Origin: Patescibacteria group bacterium
Lineage (GTDB): Bacteria > Patescibacteriota > Patescibacteriia > Patescibacteriales > JBAZCA01
Reading direction: 5' to 3'
Assembly (NCBI GenBank): GCA_041661505.1
Contig: JBAZUF010000002.1
Location: 140,201 to 204,200, forward strand
Length of the DNA stretch: 64,000 nucleotides
A program made the position numbers and the translations under genes. The notes under the pieces were generated by a model. The model saw only the letters and a program-made list of their open reading frames with translations, ran no database searches and was not told the origin of the DNA. Shown here one piece after another: positions 1-10,132 of this stretch (positions within the stretch are counted from its first letter, which is position 1; every line of letters starts with the position of its first letter).

Positions 1-151
1 CTTTTTTAGCGCCGTGCTTTAAGAGGCAATCAGTAAAGCCGCCGGTCGAAGCCCCAAAGTCGGCGCAAATTTTGTCTTTAACATCAATATTAAATTGCGC
101 TAAGGCATGCTCCAGCTTTTCTCCGCCCCGCGAAGCGTACTTTGAGTTCAT
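1..151 (-). CDS. tlyA: TlyA/FtsJ-like rRNA 2'-O-methyltransferase, first 50 codons only (gene runs off the left edge)
   Basis: Truncated, so not in the ORF track. The reverse complement from the ATG at 151..149 reads [50 protein letters not shown]. RGGxKL...[14 protein letters not shown] is the start of the SAM-binding domain of TlyA-family methyltransferases. No S4 domain precedes it. Confidence 0.7.
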   Translation of the reverse strand, partial: MNSKYASRGGEKLEHALAQFNIDVKDKICADFGASTGGFTDCLLKHGAKK

Positions 152-155
152 GAAA

Positions 156-1850
156 TTACATTTCTTCAAGGATTTCGATTCCTAAAAGATTGAGTCCATT
201 ATTAATAACCGTATTAACGGATGAAAGTAATGCTAATCGAGCTTGCCGCGCGCTATCCTCGGCTTTTAATACCGGTATGTTGTGGTAATAATCATTAAAC
301 ATCTGCGCCAGCTCAAATAAATATTTAGCGATTTCAGCCGGGTCGTAATTTTTTCCCGCCTTTTCAGTAATTTCCGGATATTTAGAAAGTTTTAAAATCA
401 ATTGATGTTCCCGGGGCTCGGCTAGCTGGCTGTAATCAGCCTTGGCGCTTTGTTTTCCGGCTTTGCGGAGGATGCTGGAAACGCGCGCGAACGTGTATTG
501 TAAATACGCGGCGGTAAAGCCGTCAAAGCGCAGGGCCTGATCAATATCAAACGTGATAACGCTTCCGGCGCTGACTTTTATCATCTCAAATTTAACCGCC
601 CCAACCGCGATTTTCCAGGCGGTCTGGTTGATTTTCGCGCTGTTCCAATTTTCGTGCCGCTTTTTGGTTTCACTTATAGTTTTTTCCAAAAGTTTTTCTT
701 TTAAATCCTCGTAAGTAATAACATTCCCTTCGCGCGAAGACATCATTCCCGAAGGGAGCTTTACGAATTCATAAGCCAAATGGACCATTTCTTTTTTTAC
801 TCCGAGCTTTTCTAAGATGGCGAAAAGTTGCTTAAAATACAGGCTCTGGCGGACATCCACGACATATATGGATTTATCTAGTTTGTATTTTTTAAATTTT
901 TCCAAAGCCAAAGGGATGTCAGCCACCGGATAAGTAGTCGTGCCGTCCGTACGGACAATAACCAGTACGCCCAGACTCTCGCCTAAATCGGCAATAATCG
1001 CCCCCTCGCTTCGTTTTAGAACGCGCTTTTCATATAGCTCGGATACCAGGTCCTTGCCTTTTTCGATGAATTCGCTTTCGTAAAAAATATTATCAAATTT
1101 TACGCCCAGTTCGGCGTAGATTTTATCAAACTGGTCAATACTCCATTCCCGGGTTTTAAACCACAGCTTATGGTCCTCGCCTTTGCGGCTTTCTATGCTT
1201 TTCATTATTGCGCGGACCTCTAGGTTAGCCTTTTCATCTTCCTTTAATTCCTTCGTGGCTTGGGCGTAGATCTGCCCGAGATAAAAACCTTTGTTTTGAG
1301 GAATGTCTTTCATGCCCCTGTTCTTTAATTTCCAAACTGTTTTGGCAACGTGAATGCCAAAGTCATTAATATAAGAAACCGGAATCGATTTAAAGCCGTT
1401 TGCGGCTAAAATCCGGCTAACTGAATCGCCGAAGCAGAGATTCCTTAAATGCCCGACATGATATTCTTTATGAGTGTTGGCGTTAGAGAATTCAATCATC
1501 ACCTTTTTACTCTTGCCGGTTTTATTCGCGCCATACTTATCCTTTTCTTTTCCGATTTCCTTTAACACCGATTCAGTTAAATTGGTTTTATTAAAAGTAA
1601 AATTTAAATACGGTCCAACCGCTTTGACGCCGGCAATAATTTTATCAGCCGGAATTTTATTTACCAATTCAGAACAGAGTTCGATTGGGGTTTTCTTGTG
1701 TTGTTTCGCCAATTCGAAGCAAGCCAAGCTCAAATCGCCGAATTCGGGATTCGGGGGATAAATAAAGCTGTCTGGTTTTACGAGCTTTCGTTTTAACGCT
1801 TTATTAACCTTCTCCGCGGCATGCGCTTTCACCTTATTTAATGAGTTCAT
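156..1850 (-). CDS. argS: Arginyl-tRNA synthetase
   Basis: 564-aa ORF with the class I HIGH-type motif HVGHLRN. Length and layout fit ArgRS, including a C-terminal anticodon-binding region ending in M. Confidence 0.92.
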   Translation of the reverse strand: MNSLNKVKAHAAEKVNKALKRKLVKPDSFIYPPNPEFGDLSLACFELAKQHKKTPIELCSELVNKIPADKIIAGVKAVGPYLNFTFNKTNLTESVLKEIGKEKDKYGANKTGKSKKVMIEFSNANTHKEYHVGHLRNLCFGDSVSRILAANGFKSIPVSYINDFGIHVAKTVWKLKNRGMKDIPQNKGFYLGQIYAQATKELKEDEKANLEVRAIMKSIESRKGEDHKLWFKTREWSIDQFDKIYAELGVKFDNIFYESEFIEKGKDLVSELYEKRVLKRSEGAIIADLGESLGVLVIVRTDGTTTYPVADIPLALEKFKKYKLDKSIYVVDVRQSLYFKQLFAILEKLGVKKEMVHLAYEFVKLPSGMMSSREGNVITYEDLKEKLLEKTISETKKRHENWNSAKINQTAWKIAVGAVKFEMIKVSAGSVITFDIDQALRFDGFTAAYLQYTFARVSSILRKAGKQSAKADYSQLAEPREHQLILKLSKYPEITEKAGKNYDPAEIAKYLFELAQMFNDYYHNIPVLKAEDSARQARLALLSSVNTVINNGLNLLGIEILEEM

Positions 1851-1852
1851 AT

Positions 1853-3067
1853 TTATCTAATTGAAATTTTTACAAATTGCCTTTTTCCCCGCTGAATAAT
1901 CATGCCCTCTTTTGTTTCTATATTCATGTTGGCGTCTTTAACCGCTTCGCCATTAATTTTTATCCCGCCTTGCTCAATCAGCCTTCGAGCCTCGCCTTTA
2001 CTGGCGACCAGGTTGGCGCTGACCAAGAGGTCAACAATATTTCGCGTTCCTGATGACATGCTAAGCTCCCTGACTTCATCTGGAATTTCTTTATGCTGGA
2101 CGGTTTTAATAAAATGTTTTTGGGCTTTTTTGGCTTTAGCCTGGTTATGGATAATTTTAGTGATCTCAAAAGCCAGTTTCATCTTTAAATCGCGGGGGTT
2201 GGTGTTTGGGTTCTTCAAATCTTCCTGGATTTTTTTTACTTCTTCCGCCGGAACCATGGTTGCCAATTCAAAAGCTTGGTCAATTATACCGTCCGGCCAG
2301 CTCATCACCTGGCCGTACACGTTTTCCGGCGTTTCATTCATGAATACGGCGTTGCCTTCGGTTTTGCCCATTTTCGCGCCGTTCGGGTCAGCCAGGAGCT
2401 TAGTGGTCAAAACATATTTTTCCTTGTTACGCATGGCCCGCATCAAATCCCGGCCGCACATCATGTTAAACATCTGGTCATTCCCGCCGATTTCCAAATC
2501 AACGTCCATAGCGACCGAATCATACCCCTGGGCAACTGGGTAAAGGAATTCATGAAAGTGAATCGGCTTTTCATCTTTCATCCTTTCCTGGAACATATCT
2601 CTTTGGATCATCTGCTGAACCGTGAAATTTGACGTAATTTCAATCAGGTCTTTAAAAGTTACTTTGTCTGACCATTTTGAGTTATACATGACTTGCGCCG
2701 GATTTTCGCCTTTGAAATTCAGATAAGCACCTGCCTGCTTTTTGTAATTTTTAGCGTTAGCTCGCACTTCTTCCCGGGTCAGTTTTTTCCGGGTGGCCGT
2801 TTTGTCGGTCGGATCACCGATCATTCCGGTAAAATCGCCGATTAAAAAGATGACTTCATGGCCCAACTCCTGAAACTGCCTTAATTTGTTTAGCTGGATG
2901 GCATTCCCAATATGCAAGGCTTCGGCGCTTGGGTCAAAGCCGCAGTAAAGGCGGATCCGTTGGCCGGACATTAAAACTTTTTCCAAGGCTTCGTAAGACG
3001 GATAGATTTTTTCCACTCCGCGGCTTAATACTTCTCTAATTTTTTCCTGGTTAGTTATAACTGCCAT
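1853..3067 (-). CDS. tyrS: Tyrosyl-tRNA synthetase
   Basis: 404 aa with HIGN (HIGH), KMGKT (KMSKS) and GDFTGMIGDP motifs. The C-terminus has an S4-like domain (SKGEARRLIEQGGIKING). Confidence 0.92.
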   Translation of the reverse strand: MAVITNQEKIREVLSRGVEKIYPSYEALEKVLMSGQRIRLYCGFDPSAEALHIGNAIQLNKLRQFQELGHEVIFLIGDFTGMIGDPTDKTATRKKLTREEVRANAKNYKKQAGAYLNFKGENPAQVMYNSKWSDKVTFKDLIEITSNFTVQQMIQRDMFQERMKDEKPIHFHEFLYPVAQGYDSVAMDVDLEIGGNDQMFNMMCGRDLMRAMRNKEKYVLTTKLLADPNGAKMGKTEGNAVFMNETPENVYGQVMSWPDGIIDQAFELATMVPAEEVKKIQEDLKNPNTNPRDLKMKLAFEITKIIHNQAKAKKAQKHFIKTVQHKEIPDEVRELSMSSGTRNIVDLLVSANLVASKGEARRLIEQGGIKINGEAVKDANMNIETKEGMIIQRGKRQFVKISIR

Positions 3068-3216
3068 AAAGTTAGAAATTTTAGTCGAGAAATGAGTAAT
3101 TATGGGTTTATTTTAGCTGAAAATTCGAATAAATGCAATCTAGCCGGAAGAGAATGGACATTTGTCTTTTTTCCAATAAATGAGTAGAATGAAAATATAC
3201 AAATGGAGTAATAATT

Positions 3217-3579
3217 ATGAAAAAGCAATACTTAATTATTGGGGTTTTGATAATAGCGGCCATTGCCGGCTACTTTTATTTTTCCAAAAAGCCGGCTGGG
3301 AAGGTGAACGGCGGAAACACCGACTTAATTCTTTACTACGGCAGTACTTGCCCGCATTGCAAAAACGTGGAAGATTTTATTGCCAATAATAAAATCGACG
3401 AAAAGATAAAAATTATCCGCAAAGAAGTTTTTGAAAACAAAGCCAATAATGCGGAACTGGGCGAGAAAGCGGTTGATTGCGGATTAGCGATCGACAAGGT
3501 CGGGGTTCCCTTCTTATGGGACAACGGCCGGTGCTTTGAAGGCGACCAGCCGATTATTGATTATTTAAGTAAAAAATAG
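3217..3579 (+). CDS. Membrane-anchored thioredoxin/glutaredoxin-fold thiol-disulfide oxidoreductase
   Basis: 120 aa with an N-terminal hydrophobic anchor and a CPHC redox motif (YYGSTCPHCKNVEDF). Confidence 0.65.
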   Translation: MKKQYLIIGVLIIAAIAGYFYFSKKPAGKVNGGNTDLILYYGSTCPHCKNVEDFIANNKIDEKIKIIRKEVFENKANNAELGEKAVDCGLAIDKVGVPFLWDNGRCFEGDQPIIDYLSKK

Positions 3580-3591
3580 CGCAGTTTAATT

Positions 3592-4092
3592 ATGATGGTT
3601 TTTTACATACTAATACCGCTTTTCGGGCTCCTTAAAGCGAGCTTTGCCCAAGCGATTTGTCCGGTTTGCACGGTTACGGTCGTGGCGGCTATGGGTTTAT
3701 CAAGATGGCTCGGCGTTGACGATACGATAGCCGGCGTCTGGATCGGCGGATTGACAGTTTCTTTGATCTATTGGACAATGGATTGGCTGGATGGGAAAAA
3801 ATGGCGCTTTCCTTACGACCGACCGGCCGTTATAATCGGATATTATGTATTAATCTACTTCTCTCTTTATTATAGCAATTTTGTCCACCTTTCCGGCAAC
3901 AAACTTTGGGGAATCGACAAATTGCTTTTAGGAATTCTCTCCGGCAGTTTGGTTTTCTGGGGGGCGGCCTGGCTCTATCATTACCTGAAACGAAGAAACG
4001 ACGGGCACGCATACTTTCCTTTTCAAAAAGTCGTTATGCCGGTCAGCGCCCTCCTTATTTTAAGCGCAATTTTTTACTTCATCACTAAATAA
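3592..4092 (+). CDS. Polytopic membrane protein with N-terminal CPVC motif, family unknown
   Basis: 166 aa. A signal-like N-terminus (..ASFAQA) is followed directly by ICPVC, then several hydrophobic helices. It starts 12 nt after the thioredoxin-like gene. Confidence 0.55.
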   Translation: MMVFYILIPLFGLLKASFAQAICPVCTVTVVAAMGLSRWLGVDDTIAGVWIGGLTVSLIYWTMDWLDGKKWRFPYDRPAVIIGYYVLIYFSLYYSNFVHLSGNKLWGIDKLLLGILSGSLVFWGAAWLYHYLKRRNDGHAYFPFQKVVMPVSALLILSAIFYFITK

Positions 4093-4130
4093 TCGGCAAA
4101 ATTTTAATCAGTAATGCCGATTAAAAAAAT

Positions 4131-4673
4131 ATGGACGCCCAAAAACTAAACGAATTTATCGCCAAGGTGGATAATATGAAAAAACAGGACAAGATGGATT
4201 TGTCCTCGGATCAGGATTTGTCGATTGCAATTATGAACCTGGTTTCAATAGAAGAGCATTTCTTTTTTACCGGAGCGAAGCTCGGTAAGCCTGAGTATTA
4301 CGACCTGCTCCAAGAAGCCCGGGCGATGCGCGGCGATCTGCTTCGAAAAATTGTTAAAGACCCGGAAGGCGAACAGTGGTGCATTTCCAAACATTTACTC
4401 GCCGCCTCCATGCGTTTAATGGAAGTTGGAACCAAGCAGCATAAAATGGGAAAAAAGGAAGAAGCTAATGATTTATTTCAAAAAGCCTATGACCTTTATT
4501 CGTTATTTTGGGGCTTGAATTTAAAAGTGATAGGAGTAGAGGGCGTGAAAAAAATTGACGAGGACGCGATTAATAAGCATGAAGCGGAAAATACTCCTAA
4601 GGCTGAAAGAAAAGGCTTTATGGGAAAACTGGGTGAACTGGTTAAGAAGGCTATCGACTGCTGTATTGAGTAA
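4131..4673 (+). CDS. Hypothetical soluble protein ending in CCIE
   Basis: 180-aa ORF with coding-like composition and tight spacing to its neighbours. No family recognised. Confidence 0.5.
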   Translation: MDAQKLNEFIAKVDNMKKQDKMDLSSDQDLSIAIMNLVSIEEHFFFTGAKLGKPEYYDLLQEARAMRGDLLRKIVKDPEGEQWCISKHLLAASMRLMEVGTKQHKMGKKEEANDLFQKAYDLYSLFWGLNLKVIGVEGVKKIDEDAINKHEAENTPKAERKGFMGKLGELVKKAIDCCIE

Positions 4674-4682
4674 TTTAAAAAA

Positions 4683-5135
4683 ATGAAAAGAAGTTTTAAT
4701 AAAACTTGGGGGGTAATTTCACTCTCGGTATTTATACTAAGCGGCTTAAATTTTTGCGTTTTGCTTTTACCAATCCCGGCAATGGCGAGCGAAGAACAAC
4801 CGACTAGTCGCGCGATGCCGCGGCCTGTGATGGGCACTTGCGGCGGGCACGCGACGCGAGCCGAAGCTCCTGTTGTCCATCCTGCCAAAGGCCTAAGCGC
4901 TGATTCAGATAGTCAAAACGGAAATACAGTCCTTCCTTGCTGCGCTAACCATGAAAAGACCAGCCTGACTGATCTTCCAAAAGAAAAAGACGGCTTTCAT
5001 CCGATAATAATTCCGGCCCAGGCTCTGACCGGATACGGCAGTTATCAGATTTATTATAATTCTTCGGGATATCTATTTTTAGATCTTCCGCCGCCCGAGG
5101 CCGGGTTAATTTCCTCAATATTTAAAAAAGAATAG
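4683..5135 (+). CDS. Hypothetical secreted/anchored protein with a PCCANH motif, rich in His and Met
   Basis: 150 aa with an N-terminal hydrophobic segment. It starts 10 nt after the previous gene and is followed by a hairpin terminator. Confidence 0.5.
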   Translation: MKRSFNKTWGVISLSVFILSGLNFCVLLLPIPAMASEEQPTSRAMPRPVMGTCGGHATRAEAPVVHPAKGLSADSDSQNGNTVLPCCANHEKTSLTDLPKEKDGFHPIIIPAQALTGYGSYQIYYNSSGYLFLDLPPPEAGLISSIFKKE

Positions 5136-5151
5136 TTTTATGTTTAACCGC

Positions 5152-5178
5152 GGACATCCTTTTTTCGGGATGTTTTTG
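5152..5178 (+). terminator. Rho-independent terminator
   Basis: Stem ACATCC/GGATGT (5154-5159 / 5168-5173) followed by a T-run. Confidence 0.55.
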
Positions 5179-5225
5179 TATTTATCAAGCAAATAGAATA
5201 AGATTAAATATAAGCGAATAAACAT

Positions 5226-6734
5226 ATGAAAAAATTAACTATACCGATTAAAGGCATGCACTGTAAATCCTGCGAAATGCTTATTGAAGATAAGTTGAAG
5301 GAAGTTACCGGCGTGAAAAAATCAGTTTTAAACCATAAAAGGGGAATAGCGGAAATTCATTACGAAGCCCAGAAGCCTCGGACAAAAGAAATAGAAAAAG
5401 CTATCCGCTCGGCTGGCTATGAAATCGGCGCGGAAAAAGACGCGGGCCGGATAAGCCGCGATATAAACGATTATAAAGACTTGGGCCTTGCCTTGGCAGT
5501 CATACTCGGTGTCTATTTAGCGCTAAAAAGTTTTGGCATTACCGGAATTAATTTTGGCAGCTCTCTCACGCAGCCTGGCAGTCTCCCGGTCGTCCTCTTA
5601 ATCGGAGTAACCGCCGGATTTTCGACTTGCATGGCGTTAGTCGGCGGTCTAGTCTTAGGGACTGCGGCGCGCTTTGGCGCCGCGCACCCCGAAGCCACGG
5701 CCTTCCAAAAGTTTAAGCCCCACCTGTTTTTTAACCTGGGGCGGATCCTGGGCTTTGCCCTTTTGGGCGGAGTATTAGGGATAATCGGTTCCGTATTCCA
5801 GTTTAACGGCTTAACGCTTGGCGGCCTGACGATTATTGTCGCCCTGATTATGCTTTTAATGGGCCTTCAGCTAATCGGAATTTTTCCGGGTTTAAACTCT
5901 TTTAAATTGACTCTGCCTAAATTCATTAGCCGCGGGCTTGGGATTAAAACCGAAGCCGGAAAATACAGCCACCTGAAATCAGCGCTCTTGGGCGCCCTGA
6001 CTTTTTTTCTTCCTTGCGGATTTACCCAGGCCATGCAATTATTCGCGGTTTCGACCGGCAGTTTCCAGACCGGCGCCTTGGTTATGGGAACTTTTGCTCT
6101 AGGCACTGCCCCCGGCCTTTTAGGCGTCGGCGGAATTACCGCTTTAGTAAAAGGAATTTTTGCCAGGCGTTTTTTTAAATTCGCCGGCCTTCTTGTAATA
6201 ATATTCGCCCTCTTTAATCTTATTAACGGATACAACCTTACTGGCCTTTCTTTTGGGGAGGCCGGAAGGAATGAGGTTAATGCTGTCCAAAGCGATCCGA
6301 ACGTTACGATGGAAAACAACGTCCAGGTAGTTAAGATGGCCGAAGTTTCGAATGGATATACCCCGAACCGGTTTACGATTAAAAAAGGCATTCCGGTAAG
6401 ATGGGTCATTGACGCCCAAGCCCCTAATTCCTGCGCTTCCACTATTGTATTGTCCAAATACAATATTGTTAAGAGCCTCGTGGCCGGAGAAAACATAATT
6501 GAGTTTACGCCTGCGGAAACCGGCACCCTAAAGTTTTCCTGCTCAATGGGAATGTACACCGGAGTATTTAACGTGGTTGACGAGACCGGACAAGGAGCGG
6601 CAGAAAATGATTTAACTGCCGCCGTTAAAAAAACTGGCGGAAGCTGCGATGGGTCTTCGAGAGGCTGCGCTTCAGGCGGCTGTGCCATGGCCTCCGGCGG
6701 AACTTGCGGATGCGGCCAAAGTTCAGTTCAATAA
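5226..6734 (+). CDS. Three-part metal-handling membrane protein: HMA domain, TauE/SafE (DsbD-like) permease region, cupredoxin-like domain, Cys/Gly-rich tail
   Basis: 502 aa. The N-terminus has GMHCKSCE (HMA). The middle is a glycine-rich multi-TM core. The C-terminus has a cupredoxin-like FSCSMGMYTGVFNV and the tail GGSCDGSSRGCASGGCAMASGGTCGCG. Confidence 0.7.
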   Translation: MKKLTIPIKGMHCKSCEMLIEDKLKEVTGVKKSVLNHKRGIAEIHYEAQKPRTKEIEKAIRSAGYEIGAEKDAGRISRDINDYKDLGLALAVILGVYLALKSFGITGINFGSSLTQPGSLPVVLLIGVTAGFSTCMALVGGLVLGTAARFGAAHPEATAFQKFKPHLFFNLGRILGFALLGGVLGIIGSVFQFNGLTLGGLTIIVALIMLLMGLQLIGIFPGLNSFKLTLPKFISRGLGIKTEAGKYSHLKSALLGALTFFLPCGFTQAMQLFAVSTGSFQTGALVMGTFALGTAPGLLGVGGITALVKGIFARRFFKFAGLLVIIFALFNLINGYNLTGLSFGEAGRNEVNAVQSDPNVTMENNVQVVKMAEVSNGYTPNRFTIKKGIPVRWVIDAQAPNSCASTIVLSKYNIVKSLVAGENIIEFTPAETGTLKFSCSMGMYTGVFNVVDETGQGAAENDLTAAVKKTGGSCDGSSRGCASGGCAMASGGTCGCGQSSVQ

Positions 6735-6759
6735 TATTAAATATTAAACCAACAAACGT

Positions 6760-6969
6760 ATGGCAACCATAAAATTCAAGATTAAAAATTTTAACTGTGA
6801 AGCCTGTATTGAGCTTTCCAAGTCCATGATCGGTGAAATCGAAGGAGTAAAAGAAGTAAGGATAAAAGATTTGGGCGGGGAAACTGAAGTGGAGGCGGAT
6901 CGGGAGATTCCTCTTAGTGAAATCCAAAAGGCGCTCGAAGGGACCAATTATGAAGTAGTAAGAGAATAA
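6760..6969 (+). CDS. Small HMA-domain metallochaperone (CopZ-like) with variant NCEAC site
   Basis: 69 aa with a ferredoxin-like HMA pattern. The CxxC sits in [10 protein letters not shown]. The gene lies immediately upstream of copA. Confidence 0.7.
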   Translation: MATIKFKIKNFNCEACIELSKSMIGEIEGVKEVRIKDLGGETEVEADREIPLSEIQKALEGTNYEVVRE

Positions 6970-6973
6970 TCAT

Positions 6974-9313
6974 ATGCCAAAAATTTTAAAGCTTAATATT
7001 TCGGGCATGCATTGCGCGTCGTGCGCCGCGATTATTGAGCGTTCAGTTAAAAAGCTTCCGGGCGTAAAAAACGCGAGCGTTAATTTAGCTTCGGAAAAAG
7101 CTACAGTAATCTACGAAGAAGACGAAATAAAAACAGGCGCGATTATTAAGGTAATAGAAAAAGCCGGGTATGGCGCCATCGCTGGATTAAGCGAAAAAGA
7201 TGAAGCTAAAAGAAAAGAAAAAGAATTAAAAACCCAGACTAATAAATTTCTAATAAGCTTGATTTTGTCTTTGCCGCTGGTTTACTTCATGCTAAACGGT
7301 TTTTTCCCAACGCTTCCCGGCCGCGCTCTTATCCCTTATCACGGCCTGATCTCACTCCTTTTAACCATCCCGATCCAGTTTTATATCGGCTTGGGATTTT
7401 ATAAAGGCGCCTGGTCAAGCCTCAAGATGAAAACTTTTAACATGGATTCGCTAATTGCCATTGGCACTTCGACCGCCTTTTTCTATAGCCTCGCAAATCT
7501 TCTTATTTATGCCTCGCGCACTGGCTCGATAATCGGCCAAAACGGCGAAATGGTTCCAGACCTCTACTTTGAAACCGCCGCCTTCCTGATAACTTTCGTA
7601 GTATTAGGCAAGCTCCTTGAAGCTCGGACCAAAGGGCGGACGTCAGACGCGATAAAAAAGTTAATGGGGTTAAGGGCGAAAACCGCCCGGGTGGTGCGCG
7701 GCAATCAAACCATGGATTTGGCAATCGACGAAGTGAAAAAAGGCGATATAATTATTGTCCGGCCAGGTGAAGCCATTCCGATTGACGGACAAATAGTAAA
7801 AGGCGCCTCTTCGATTGACGAATCCATGCTGACCGGCGAATCAATCCCAGTGGAAAAGAGTTTAGGAGATAATGTTATTGGCGGGACGATTAATAAGACT
7901 GGAAGTTTTGAATTTAAGGTAACGAGAATAGGGGAAGAAACGACCTTAGCCCAGATAATTAAAGTAGTCGAAGAAGCCCAGGGATCAAAAGCGCCGATCC
8001 AGTCTTTTGCCGATAAAATAAGCGCGTATTTTGTCCCGATAGTAATCGGCTTAGCTGTCCTTACTTTTATCGTCTGGTTCTTTTTCCTAAACGCCACCCT
8101 TGCCTTCTCGTTAATGGCCTTTACCGCCGTTATTGTTATTGCCTGCCCTTGCGCCCTGGGACTCGCTACGCCAACCTCTCTCATGGTCGGAACCGGTAAA
8201 GGCGCCGAGTACGGCATCCTGATTAAAGGCGGAGAACCTTTGGAAGCAGTAGAAAAGATAAACGCCATTATTTTTGATAAAACCGGGACGATAACTAAAG
8301 GCAAACCGGAAGTAACCGATATTGTGGGGTTTGGGAAAACTGATAGTGATAAAGTATTATCCATTTCCGCCAGTTTAGAGAAACAATCCGAGCATCCTTT
8401 AGCCGAAGCGATATTTAACAAAGCTGAAATAGAAAAGAATGGATTGAGCGAAGTGGAAAAATTTAAGGCAATTCCGGGGCTGGGCGTAACGGGCGAAATC
8501 AGCGGAGAAAAATATTATTTAGGCAACCGAAAATTAATTTCTCAAACCGCTAAACTGCCAATCGGAAAGCTGGAAGCGCAGATCGCAAAACTGGAAAATG
8601 AAGGAAAAACCGTAATGCTTTTAGCTAATGAAAAAGAAATCTTAGGCGCGGTCGGCGTAGCGGATACTATCCGGAAAACTTCCCGCGAGGCGATCGAAAA
8701 ATTAAAGGATATGGGACTCGAAGTCTATATGATTTCCGGCGATAATGAACGGACCGCTAAAGCGATTGCCGCGCAAGCAGGAATCGATTACGTCTTATCT
8801 GAAGTATTGCCCGAAGACAAGGCAAAAGAGGTTAAAAAATTGCAGGCGGACGGAAAGAAAGTCGCCATGGTTGGAGACGGTATTAATGACGCTCCGGCTT
8901 TGGCGCAAGCTGATTTAGGCATTGCCATGGGTTCCGGGACCGACGTGGCTATGGAAACCGGCGGCATCATAATCATGCGAAATGATTTGCGCGATGTCGT
9001 AACCGCCTTTGAACTGTCCGCGGAAACAATGGGTAAAATAAAGCAGAATATGTTTTTTGCCCTGTTCTATAACGTTATCGGCATCCCGATTGCCGCCCGG
9101 GTATTTATGGGCTTTGGCTTAGTCCTAAAACCGGAACTAGCCGGCCTGGCTATGGCTTTAAGCTCAATATCCGTGGTCTCCAACTCCCTTCTCCTTCGCC
9201 TCTTTCGGCCAGGGAAAAGAAATTACGCCTCCTTTGTCGCGCCGATTATTATGGTAATTTTATTTTCGTTTCTCTTCTACGAATTTGCGAAATTTAGCTC
9301 CAAGATGCCGTAG
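6974..9313 (+). CDS. copA: Copper-translocating P1B-type ATPase
   Basis: 779 aa with an N-terminal [11 protein letters not shown] domain, a CPC transmembrane metal site, the DKTGT phosphorylation site and a GDGINDAP hinge. Confidence 0.93.
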   Translation: MPKILKLNISGMHCASCAAIIERSVKKLPGVKNASVNLASEKATVIYEEDEIKTGAIIKVIEKAGYGAIAGLSEKDEAKRKEKELKTQTNKFLISLILSLPLVYFMLNGFFPTLPGRALIPYHGLISLLLTIPIQFYIGLGFYKGAWSSLKMKTFNMDSLIAIGTSTAFFYSLANLLIYASRTGSIIGQNGEMVPDLYFETAAFLITFVVLGKLLEARTKGRTSDAIKKLMGLRAKTARVVRGNQTMDLAIDEVKKGDIIIVRPGEAIPIDGQIVKGASSIDESMLTGESIPVEKSLGDNVIGGTINKTGSFEFKVTRIGEETTLAQIIKVVEEAQGSKAPIQSFADKISAYFVPIVIGLAVLTFIVWFFFLNATLAFSLMAFTAVIVIACPCALGLATPTSLMVGTGKGAEYGILIKGGEPLEAVEKINAIIFDKTGTITKGKPEVTDIVGFGKTDSDKVLSISASLEKQSEHPLAEAIFNKAEIEKNGLSEVEKFKAIPGLGVTGEISGEKYYLGNRKLISQTAKLPIGKLEAQIAKLENEGKTVMLLANEKEILGAVGVADTIRKTSREAIEKLKDMGLEVYMISGDNERTAKAIAAQAGIDYVLSEVLPEDKAKEVKKLQADGKKVAMVGDGINDAPALAQADLGIAMGSGTDVAMETGGIIIMRNDLRDVVTAFELSAETMGKIKQNMFFALFYNVIGIPIAARVFMGFGLVLKPELAGLAMALSSISVVSNSLLLRLFRPGKRNYASFVAPIIMVILFSFLFYEFAKFSSKMP

Positions 9314-9335
9314 AAAATTAAAATAGAGCTAGATT

Positions 9336-9370
9336 ATAAAATAGCCTGGCATTTTGCCGGGCTATTTTAT
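9336..9370. terminator. Bidirectional hairpin terminator between convergent genes
   Basis: 11-bp stem ATAAAATAGCC/GGCTATTTTAT (9336-9346 / 9360-9370), flanked by A/T runs. Confidence 0.6.
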
Positions 9371-9625
9371 AATCGTTTTTTCAGTTTCTATAAACCATTT
9401 TTCTATTTCCTTCTTAAAATCAGTTTGATTTTTATAGCCAGCCTGCATAACGAGCATTAGTAGGTCAGTTAGAAGATGGTCAATCCTTTCTCTATTGTAT
9501 CCGCCGGCTTTTAAATTATCCAATTCCTCCTGCATGAAATTAATAATCTCTTTGATTTCCGTCTTGTTCCAGCCAAGCTTTTTATCAAATTCCTCCACCC
9601 CATGTTTTAATTCTTCAATATTCAT
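9362..9625 (-). CDS. Small MazG-like nucleotide pyrophosphohydrolase-fold protein (tentative)
   Basis: 87 aa, all-helical. The pattern F..KLGW....EEL..L......DLLMLVMQ resembles single-domain MazG family proteins. Confidence 0.45.
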   Translation of the reverse strand: MNIEELKHGVEEFDKKLGWNKTEIKEIINFMQEELDNLKAGGYNRERIDHLLTDLLMLVMQAGYKNQTDFKKEIEKWFIETEKTIIK

Positions 9626-9671
9626 ATTTATTATTATAACGCAGAATTAATATTAGGAAATCGACCACAGC

Positions 9672-9700
9672 TTGACTAAAAATAAGCTTTTCGGTATACT
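9672..9700 (+). promoter_or_regulatory. Sigma-70-type promoter of the Rrf2/Fe-S operon
   Basis: TTGACT (9672-9677), 17-nt spacer, TATACT (9695-9700), about 40 nt upstream of the Rrf2 start codon. Confidence 0.6.
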
Positions 9701-9741
9701 TAATCCATACTTAATTAGTAGGAGTTAGAATTGGCTAATAT

Positions 9742-10131
9742 ATGAAGTTTTCTACGCGAGCTGAATATGGGCTAAAGGCAATAATTAATCTGGCTAACGC
9801 CTATCCGGAGCAAAAAAGCATTTCGGAAATCGGGAAAGAAGAGAATATTTCCTTAAAGTATTTGGAACGCCTGATGGGCGAGTTCAGAAAGAATAATCTG
9901 GTAAAAAGCACTAAAGGAAAGACTGGAGGATACGCCTTAGTGAAGAGGCCGTCGCAAGTGGCGGTTGGAGAAGTAATCGAAATTATCGAAGGTTCGATTT
10001 CGCCGATGAAATGCGTGGGCGTAGCTTGCAGCCTGAAGCACAAATGCCCTTCAGCCAAAGTCTGGGAAAAGCTCGGAGGACAGATCAGAAAAACTCTATA
10101 CGGCATAAAGTTAAACACTTTGATTAAATAA
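9742..10131 (+). CDS. Rrf2-family transcriptional regulator (IscR/NsrR-like)
   Basis: 129 aa with the MKFSTRAEYGLKAIINLA N-terminus typical of Rrf2 wHTH proteins. Cys residues are in the C-terminal half (CVGVACSLKHKC). Confidence 0.88.
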   Translation: MKFSTRAEYGLKAIINLANAYPEQKSISEIGKEENISLKYLERLMGEFRKNNLVKSTKGKTGGYALVKRPSQVAVGEVIEIIEGSISPMKCVGVACSLKHKCPSAKVWEKLGGQIRKTLYGIKLNTLIK

Positions 10132-10132
10132 T

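Noticed and set aside
5867-8421. Long antisense ORFs inside coding genes (5867-6688 and 7705-8421). Similar ones occur at 27908-28450, 29042-29614, 1902-2543 and 31138-31572.
   Set aside because: These are shadow ORFs opposite well-supported genes (the HMA fusion, copA, smc, tyrS, comM). They have biased, low-complexity translations and no start signals.
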